From IMG/VR virus record IMGVR_UViG_3300022753_001925: a stretch of DNA of 28,230 nucleotides; one strand, given 5' to 3'. Positions within the stretch are counted from its first letter, which is position 1. Each line of letters opens with the position of its first letter. This DNA comes from a virus. Both the position numbers and the translations under genes were made by a program. Of the stretch, positions 21,362 through 28,230 are shown in pieces. A model generated the notes under the pieces. That model saw nothing but the letters and a program-made list of their open reading frames with translations, was not told the DNA's origin and made no database searches.

Positions 21362-22078
21362 ATGTATGTTGATGATTCTAAGATGTGGGATTCCTATTCT
21401 GAATTAAAAGAATATTATGACAAATATTTAAAAAAATATGGGGTAAAATTTCCTAGATTAAAAACTAAGGATACATATACAAAAGATGCATTAGTATTGA
21501 TTTATTTATATCTTAATTTTCAAAAACCTGTATCCAAAGAAGATTTAACTAACTTTTTAGGAAAATATGGCGAAAGACCAAATGATGTACAACAGGCAAG
21601 ACATTTAGGTCAACAGAAAGGTTGGTACATTATTAGTGGTCAAAGACACGATAAAGAATGTGAAGACTATAATGTAAAACCTGGAGAATATGCATTAATA
21701 AGTGTTAAAGAATATTATCCTAACTTTACCAATTTAAAAAGAATGGATAATTTAACTGGTGATGAATGGGAATCACTTAAAAAACAATATAATTATAGAT
21801 GTGCAACATGTGGGTCTGTTGAAGGCGAACCAAATATTCATTATCCCAATATTAAAACACAACTTCAAAAAGGACATAAAGATCCTAATAAATCATTAGA
21901 ATTTGGGAATATTATTCCACAATGCGATTCCTGTAATAGACAAGATAGAAATAATTTTGTTTATAATGATAAAGGCAGAGTTATTAAAATTGCAAATCCA
22001 CAATTCGTTTTACGTTCTGATAAAAAAATTAAAGAAGAAATCTACGAATTACTTAAAAAAGAATATGGAAATAAATAA
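21362..22078 (+). CDS. HNH (beta-beta-alpha-Me) endonuclease, probable type II restriction enzyme
   Basis: CATC ... KGHKDP ... NIIPQCDSCN Zn-binding HNH-like motif. Adjacent to the C5 MTase. Confidence 0.8.
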   Translation: MYVDDSKMWDSYSELKEYYDKYLKKYGVKFPRLKTKDTYTKDALVLIYLYLNFQKPVSKEDLTNFLGKYGERPNDVQQARHLGQQKGWYIISGQRHDKECEDYNVKPGEYALISVKEYYPNFTNLKRMDNLTGDEWESLKKQYNYRCATCGSVEGEPNIHYPNIKTQLQKGHKDPNKSLEFGNIIPQCDSCNRQDRNNFVYNDKGRVIKIANPQFVLRSDKKIKEEIYELLKKEYGNK

Positions 22079-22376
22079 ACAACAATTTAATTATCTATAA
22101 ATATATAACAAACAAATATTATATTGAAGACAAACAATTCCTATTTTGTTTTCCGATAGAAATAAGCCTCCTATAATTTTACAAACAGTCAATTTGTAAA
22201 CCCTGAACAATATTGTATTTCACTGGCTTATTTCTATTCCATTCCTTATTTTAAAAACTTTAACCGTTAATGTCAATCTTCACATATCATTTCAAAAAGT
22301 AGCCATTATATAGAGAAATTTATATAACATAAATAATAAATTACATAATAATTAATATAAGTGGAGGACATATATA

Positions 22377-22859
22377 ATGGCAGATTCTATTATTTTACTT
22401 GAAGAAAGAAAGGAAGTAACCACATTCCTTTTAGACGAAGGCACCATTACTGAAACCACTGTAACAACTCCAACAGGAGAGACACCGGGATATGAATACT
22501 CAGGTGAAAAGGTTACAGTTGATAGTGCAGTAACATTGTCTGAGAACTCAGATATTGGTAAACCTACAGTTAAAAAATACACTGATGAGCAAAATGAAAT
22601 TATCCTGGGCATTGCTGTTAACGATCCAGTTACCATGACCGGTGGAAGAAGAAAAACATCCATTCTAGTATTGGGCCATTTATTCAGATTAAAATTAGCT
22701 AGTGGATTATCCAACATTAAAGTTAATGATAGAATAGCATTAACAAGTACTGGTGCTATCAAATCTGATGACGGCGAATATATAGCAATGCATCCAGTTG
22801 AAAGCTCAGATGATTATCATTACATTGAAGTATTCAGACCTTACGATATAACCGAATAG
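22377..22859 (+). CDS. Probable capsid decoration (cement) protein
   Basis: 160-aa beta-rich protein directly upstream of the MCPs (lambda D-E-like order). GIAVNDP motif. Paralogues at 11137 and 13464. Confidence 0.7.
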   Translation: MADSIILLEERKEVTTFLLDEGTITETTVTTPTGETPGYEYSGEKVTVDSAVTLSENSDIGKPTVKKYTDEQNEIILGIAVNDPVTMTGGRRKTSILVLGHLFRLKLASGLSNIKVNDRIALTSTGAIKSDDGEYIAMHPVESSDDYHYIEVFRPYDITE

Positions 22860-22872
22860 TTGGTGATAATGA

Positions 22873-23811
22873 ATGATTACAAAAGGAAATGATACTAAAG
22901 TACAAAACGAAGTAATAGCTCAAACTATTACTGATGAAACCGCAAAAAGATTGAAGTTAGCTAGATTGTTTCCTAAACAAGAAATTAAAGAAAACTCTGA
23001 TTACTATACTTACTTCAGACAAAATATTAATCTTGACGAAGCCATTAACAGGGGACTTCTGGGTGAAGCTAAAGACATTGCTCCTGGTGCATCACTTCAG
23101 GAACTCAACATCAGAAAACCAATCACTGACACTATCTCAATAGATACAGTTGGTGGTGTCCTAAACGTTAACAAGGATGTCTTCGATTCAGATATTGTTT
23201 CATTCGAGGATTTATTAGGTGATGTGGCTACCGTTATAGCTAATCGTATAGAGTTTAATATATATGATACCCTAATAAATTCATCCAATGTTCCTGAATA
23301 CAATACCACTCAAACCGAAGATACAATGGAGGCTTTCGGAAACTTTGTCATTAAGGCACAGGAAGCATTCAAAGGTAATGCTGGTGCGGGTGCTGACTTA
23401 ACAATAATGGCTGAGTCATACAAGACATTATCATATGTCAAACAGTTAGCGTATATGAACAACAAGTTAGTGCAGCCGGTTGAGGACATTAAGGAATACT
23501 ACGGCATCGACAATATTGATCTTTTAGGAACAACCCAAGCTGACGGCGGATCACTAGTAGGTGATAAGGAATATATCGGATTCGATTTAAGAAACGCTCC
23601 CTTAACAGTTTTATACTCCAAATCATCCGGTACCACTACTGCACCAATAACTAGTGATGAAAACATAGCAGACTTCTATCCTATCATTGAAATCATGCGT
23701 AAAGACATTTACGATGAGTTACCTCAATACACCAAATTATTTATACAGTCAAAAGTAGGAATATTATTAAACAAACCAGGTCTTGCTTTGAAAGGTACTT
23801 GCAGACCATAA
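22873..23811 (+). CDS. Major capsid protein 1 (HK97-like fold)
   Basis: LARLFPKQEI, GEAKDIAPGASL, E-loop-like TDTISIDTVGGVLNV, spine helix VATVIANRIEFNIY. 312 aa. Confidence 0.8.
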   Translation: MITKGNDTKVQNEVIAQTITDETAKRLKLARLFPKQEIKENSDYYTYFRQNINLDEAINRGLLGEAKDIAPGASLQELNIRKPITDTISIDTVGGVLNVNKDVFDSDIVSFEDLLGDVATVIANRIEFNIYDTLINSSNVPEYNTTQTEDTMEAFGNFVIKAQEAFKGNAGAGADLTIMAESYKTLSYVKQLAYMNNKLVQPVEDIKEYYGIDNIDLLGTTQADGGSLVGDKEYIGFDLRNAPLTVLYSKSSGTTTAPITSDENIADFYPIIEIMRKDIYDELPQYTKLFIQSKVGILLNKPGLALKGTCRP

Positions 23812-23827
23812 ACGGGAGGATTGTTAA

Positions 23828-24754
23828 ATGTTAACTAAAGGAAATGATGCTAAAGTACAAAATGAAGTGATGGCTCAGATTGTAGCTGACACTTCAGCCA
23901 AATGGATGAAATTCACCAGATTACTTCCAAAGCAAGAGATAGAAGAAAACTCACAGTACTATACCTATATGTCACAGAGAGTTAATATCGAGGAAGCTAT
24001 TCAATCCGGTGTACTGGGCGAGGCCAAAGACATTGCTCCAGGTGCAACCCTTCAGGAATTAAACGTAAGAAAACCAATCTCAGAAACAATATCCATTGAC
24101 ACTATCGGTGGTGTCTTAAACGTATCAGCACAAATGCTTGATTCTAATTTAATCAGTGTTAATGATATGCTGCAGGACGTTGGTATTCTTATCGGCCGTA
24201 GTATTGAAAAGGCAGCTATTGATATGATAATGAATTCCAATAAGGTTGCCAAATATGATTTTGAATCCGGTGACGATACTGGTATGACCATCCTTAAAGC
24301 ACAAGAGAAATTCAAGGAATCAGCTGGAAGCTTTACCAACTTAAACTCAATGGCTGTTAGTTATAAATCACTCACTACATTAAAGTCTGATTTGTTTTCA
24401 AGCAATCGTCAAGTCGAACCGGTAGAGTTAATTCAAAGCTATTATGGCGTGGACAATATTGATATCTTAGGTACTGCTGTCTGTGATGGCGGTTCCGAGA
24501 TGGGTGACAAGACATATATTGGTATGGACTACATTAACCCAGGAATGAAACTGTTATACTCCCGAACAACTGGAACAACCGTTGCTCCTTTAGGACCGGA
24601 TGGTGAGATGTATGACTTCTATCCGTTAATCGAATTTATGCGCAAAGACATTCGTGATGAACTGCCAATGTATACAAAACTCTTCATATTATCATCAGTC
24701 GGTGTTTTAATGAACGCACCAAATAGAATTATTACAGGCAATTTCAGAGCATAA
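23828..24754 (+). CDS. Major capsid protein 2 (paralogue of MCP1)
   Basis: Colinear over its full length with MCP1 (TKGND.KVQNEV, GEAKDIAPGA.LQELN.RKPI, MRKDI.DELP.YTKLFI). GGAGGA RBS. Confidence 0.8.
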   Translation: MLTKGNDAKVQNEVMAQIVADTSAKWMKFTRLLPKQEIEENSQYYTYMSQRVNIEEAIQSGVLGEAKDIAPGATLQELNVRKPISETISIDTIGGVLNVSAQMLDSNLISVNDMLQDVGILIGRSIEKAAIDMIMNSNKVAKYDFESGDDTGMTILKAQEKFKESAGSFTNLNSMAVSYKSLTTLKSDLFSSNRQVEPVELIQSYYGVDNIDILGTAVCDGGSEMGDKTYIGMDYINPGMKLLYSRTTGTTVAPLGPDGEMYDFYPLIEFMRKDIRDELPMYTKLFILSSVGVLMNAPNRIITGNFRA

Positions 24755-24924
24755 CTCTTCCATATTTAAATCTCCGAAATTAGCCCTTTCGTCTGGGAGC
24801 GTGTAGGGAATAAAGAATATTTAACTCCCATTGTAAAAAACATTAGTGTTAATGTGGAATATTTTCAATTGCTTTTCATTTCACGTTTGCATCTTCTGCT
24901 AAGGGTTTTTTACTCCAAATCCTT

Positions 24925-24965
24925 AATAGCGGGGTTCTAGACTCTTGCCCCGCTATTCTGTTTTT
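24925..24965 (+). terminator. Stem-loop + T-tract after capsid operon
   Basis: AATAGCGGGG / CCCCGCTATT 10-bp stem followed by CTGTTTTT. Confidence 0.7.
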
Positions 24966-25033
24966 AAAAAAATATATATTTTAACTAATAGCTACATATA
25001 TAATATAAATAATAAATTATTGGAGTACATACA

Positions 25034-25432
25034 ATGAAACTGATATTAGATACTGAAAATTCACATCCAACAACAATAACCGTTAGAGGAAAGGAAATAA
25101 CATTACTGTTAATTGAATCCAGTATCCTAATTGATTCATCACAGATTGCAAAGATATTTGATAAGAAAGAAAAGACAGTAGCTACTAAAGTACAGAAATC
25201 CAAGTTAGAGAAATACGAAACAGACAATACTAAGCTATTAAAACGGTACGGCCTTATGCATCCTGAAGCGGTTAAGCCTAGACCATTTTATGATCTCAGG
25301 CAAATGTTGGAAGGACCAGCACAATATTATTTCAAACAGATTGATGATCTTGATCTCATTGATGTTATTGTTAGAGTAGCTATTGGTAAGCATCGTGAGT
25401 GGATCCATAACAGAAATATTGATAAATTTTAG
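25034..25432 (+). CDS. Hypothetical protein, possibly DNA-binding (Rha/Bro-N-like IDSSQIAKIFDK)
   Basis: 132-aa ORF with GGAG RBS. Family suggestion is weak. Confidence 0.6.
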   Translation: MKLILDTENSHPTTITVRGKEITLLLIESSILIDSSQIAKIFDKKEKTVATKVQKSKLEKYETDNTKLLKRYGLMHPEAVKPRPFYDLRQMLEGPAQYYFKQIDDLDLIDVIVRVAIGKHREWIHNRNIDKF

Positions 25433-25436
25433 TTTA

Positions 25437-25546
25437 CTTTAACGGCAGCCATTACCAATTGAAAACTTATTTTTTGAAACCCTTTCATATATATCACGGT
25501 TTAAATTCAGAATTGAATTTCAAAAACCCTTCCGTTAAAGTTAAAG
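25437..25546. repeat. Copy C of ~100-bp cassette
   Basis: CTTTAACG 25437-25444, AAACCCTTTCATATATATCAC 25478-25498, CGTTAAAGTTAAAG from 25533. A further degenerate copy may follow (core at 25605, CGTTAATG at 25656). Confidence 0.8.
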
Positions 25547-25712
25547 TTGAATCAATAAATCGAAAGCTATTGATTGCACATATAGATTTTCTTATCGGGA
25601 ACTTCATATATTCATTCTAGTAATGAATATAGTTTTCCAGTAACGGAATTGCAATCGTTAATGTTAATGTACTAAGAACGGAACCTCAACTAATTATTAT
25701 TGCATATACCTA

Positions 25713-25759
25713 TTGCGACTCACTACGTTCGTCGCAACCTGTCCAACTTCGTTGGACAG
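25713..25759. other. Two abutting GC-rich hairpins
   Basis: TTGCGAC/GTCGCAA (25713-25737) and CTGTCCAAC/GTTGGACAG (25739-25759). Confidence 0.8.
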
Positions 25760-25878
25760 CTTATTTTGTTAATATCAAAATGTTTATATACATCAAATAA
25801 CATATTATGTATATCAATTGATAATGTAATTACATTTAATAAGTAACTACATTAATTAACATCCGGGAGGAAAACAAC

Positions 25879-26436
25879 ATGACAAGAGACCAGGACAAAT
25901 ATGATGAGTTAATAGAAAAACATACTCAAAGAGTCGACAATTTAAAAGCTGTCACTGAAGATTACATTAACGAAGAACAAACTCCTACTAAACAAATAAC
26001 AGTTAAACTATACCCAAATACTCACAAGGCACTTAAACTAATGGCTACTGCAAAAGATACCACATTAGATAAGGTAGCAACATCAATCATTGAAACTAAA
26101 CTTGAAGATATAGACATTGTTGAATATGTTAAAGACGCAGTTGAAAACAGTAATGAATATGAAAACGGGTTTGAATGGCTGCAAAGAGAAGACATTGACA
26201 ATTCAACATATGATTTAAATGACAAGCTATTGAATAAAGGCAATCCACGAAAAAGAATTAATGTTAAAGTGGATTTAGATACACATAGAAATTTAAGAGT
26301 AATCTCAGCTATTCAGGACAGATCCCTGGACAAGATAGTTGGCTCCATCATTGAATATGAGATTGGAGAAAAAATTCAAATTGACACATCCAAATTAATG
26401 GATGAAATACTAGAATCACTTGAAGATAAAGAATAG
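25879..26436 (+). CDS. Tandem double RHH-like DNA-binding protein
   Basis: Two internal repeats: KQITVKLYPNTHKALKLMATAKDTTLDKVATSIIE and KRINVKVDLDTHRNLRVISAIQDRSLDKIVGSIIE. GGGAGG RBS. Confidence 0.85.
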   Translation: MTRDQDKYDELIEKHTQRVDNLKAVTEDYINEEQTPTKQITVKLYPNTHKALKLMATAKDTTLDKVATSIIETKLEDIDIVEYVKDAVENSNEYENGFEWLQREDIDNSTYDLNDKLLNKGNPRKRINVKVDLDTHRNLRVISAIQDRSLDKIVGSIIEYEIGEKIQIDTSKLMDEILESLEDKE

Positions 26437-26468
26437 CTAACGTTAATGTTAATGTTGGACTTGAAGGA

Positions 26469-27587
26469 TTATATTAAAGTTATATTATCCTTCGGAACAT
26501 ATTCAATTGTTTCTGTAGGTTCTTCCACCTCTATCTCCTCAAGTTCAACAGGTTCTTTATCTTTAACAATTGCTTTATGTCTTCCAGACAGTAATATGTT
26601 AATTCTTGATAGTGAGCTTGCATCTCCAAGTAAATGGTTATAGTCTTTAGCTAGTTCATTATATTTCAATTTATAATGATTAAGCTGCTGGTTATAAGCA
26701 ACTAACATTTGTGCTTTTTCTTCAGTATGCTTAACATCCATTTCAGATTTCTGAGTCTTAAGTTTCATATCAACTTCAGCCATCGCTTTGCTTAATTCAG
26801 TTTCAGCTTCCTTGATTTTATCTTTCAGTTCTTCAAGTGCGGCGTAATGTTCTGTTGGTGGAATGTACTCCTTAAGACCAATAAGAGATTCTACTTTTTC
26901 AGTTAATTCATCTATATGTGTTTGTTGTTTTGTAATAGTTTCTTTTAATTCTTTCTCAGTGGCTTCGTGATTGGACTGGAGTTCGTGGGTTGTTTCTTTA
27001 AAATTAGCATTTGAAGCTATGAGATTTTCATTTAACAATTTATTGGTTTGGTTTATCTCATCATTGGTATTTTTCAACCTGTCATTTTCTTTAATCAATT
27101 CTTCATTCCTGGCTGAAAGTTCATCAGAGGTATCCATTATATTTTCAAAGGAACTCTTCCAGTATTCATGCTGACTACGTTCTGATTCCAATTCTTCTTT
27201 CAGTTTATCTATTTCATCCTTATCATGAATCTTAGGTTGACTCTTATTTGATTCAAGTTCTTGTCCAAGTGAATCGACTCTCTCCTTCAGGACATTTATC
27301 ATATCATCTTTTTCCTGAAGCTGCTTTTTCAAATCGTCAGCGTTATCGTAAGATTTATTGTCAGCTATTATCTTTTCAAGTTCTTTTATTCTGGACTTGT
27401 ATTCATCAACTTGATCCATATCTTTGATTATGTCAAAGTGCTGCTCTTCTGAAATAACATAGACTTTTTCACCAACTTTAAATAGGGTATTGCTGAATCC
27501 TATCCTATTTGCATTCTTGGTATTTTTCTTAACTTCAAATTCAAGACCAAATCTTTCATCCGAATCTTTGAGTTTTTTCTCCACCAT
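26469..27587 (-). CDS. Long coiled-coil protein with small N-terminal beta domain
   Basis: About 300 aa of Glu/Lys-rich heptads. GGAGTGA RBS supports ATG 27587, whereas the ORF track starts at 27611. Confidence 0.85.
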   Translation of the reverse strand: MVEKKLKDSDERFGLEFEVKKNTKNANRIGFSNTLFKVGEKVYVISEEQHFDIIKDMDQVDEYKSRIKELEKIIADNKSYDNADDLKKQLQEKDDMINVLKERVDSLGQELESNKSQPKIHDKDEIDKLKEELESERSQHEYWKSSFENIMDTSDELSARNEELIKENDRLKNTNDEINQTNKLLNENLIASNANFKETTHELQSNHEATEKELKETITKQQTHIDELTEKVESLIGLKEYIPPTEHYAALEELKDKIKEAETELSKAMAEVDMKLKTQKSEMDVKHTEEKAQMLVAYNQQLNHYKLKYNELAKDYNHLLGDASSLSRINILLSGRHKAIVKDKEPVELEEIEVEEPTETIEYVPKDNITLI

Positions 27588-27644
27588 TGTTTTCACTCCA
27601 TTCCTTAACACACATATTTTTATAACAACTATATTTTATAGCTA

Positions 27645-28227
27645 TTGCAATCGAGTTGCAATTTTATTGCAACAGTTGCAACTGGGAATTGCAACTCCAA
27701 TTTTAGAATTGCAACTTTTGAACAATGTTGAAAACTGTTTAATTTTGGGTTTTTGAAAAAAAATAAAACGATAACATTCGTTTTTCGGACTTTGTTGTTT
27801 GCTTGCAGGAAAGTGTAATTATTGTAATACTTATAGTGTAAGACATACATTTCCTTACTATGCCAGACAAGTGCCATATTTGGGGGTAGTCTGGACATAC
27901 ATATGTCCCAGTAGCTGTTCGCCACTTTCGTAATATACTACAATAATCTATATACATTCGTGTAAACATTCACAATTGCAACTATTGCAACTTTTAAATA
28001 CTGAATTGCAACTTGCATTAAAATGGGGTCAAAAACGGATATGCGGGGTTTTTCGATTTTTGGAATTGCAATTAATTGCAATAAAATTGCAATTCTTAGG
28101 GGGAAAATTGCAACTAAATTGCAATTTCTCATTGACGTTAAATTTAACATTCTTAAAATTACACTTGTTCAGTTATCATTAACTTTTTTAATAAAATATT
28201 GAACAAACTAATAATTAAAAATTGCAA
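27645..28227. repeat. TTGCAA palindrome clusters (15 copies) in AT-rich non-coding DNA
   Basis: At 27645, 27656, 27667, 27676, 27689, 27709; 27976, 27985, 28006; 28066, 28076, 28087, 28108, 28119; 28222. Confidence 0.9.
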
Positions 28228-28230
28228 TTA

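Noticed and set aside
19856-22078. TGCA/TTGCAA clusters as targets of the RM system
   Set aside because: Specificity cannot be read from the sequence by eye, and phased clustering suits a DNA-binding protein better. A methylome would be needed.
27490-28182. Short ORFs 27490, 27629, 27739, 27938, 27976
   Set aside because: They overlap TTGCAA repeats or the antisense of 26469, are mutually overlapping, and lack RBS or recognisable motifs.

Overview
AT-rich window that reads as a virus or virus-like element of a Methanobacteriales archaeon (Methanobrevibacter-like, judged from GGAGG/GGTGA RBSs, archaeal TATA boxes and the small wHTH family). No host housekeeping genes are visible. It encodes a full HK97-type head and packaging set: probable TerS, TerL, portal, Mu gpI-like protease/scaffold, a decoration protein and two tandem major capsid protein paralogues. 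This set is broken into three blocks (1.6-3.8 kb, 5.9-8.3 kb, 22.4-24.8 kb). Between the blocks lie a 9-kb fibre/adhesin operon with a GT-A glycosyltransferase, a C5-methyltransferase + HNH restriction-modification cassette, an FMN-binding split-barrel gene, many small RHH/wHTH/AbrB DNA-binding proteins and unusually organised non-coding DNA. I could not recognise tail tube, tape measure, integrase, replication or endolysin genes in the window. The most striking observations are: (i) a knob domain that is continuous in one collagen-fibre gene but split exactly at gene boundaries in three others, suggesting a capsid-anchored fibre built by head-to-tail strand complementation; (ii) a 31-copy TGGAC array with alternating 11/12-bp spacing; (iii) a ~100-bp inverted-repeat cassette present in 4-5 copies; (iv) phased TTGCAA clusters; (v) a ~530-bp island of GC-rich hairpins. 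All protein calls are by eye from motifs, and no database search was run.
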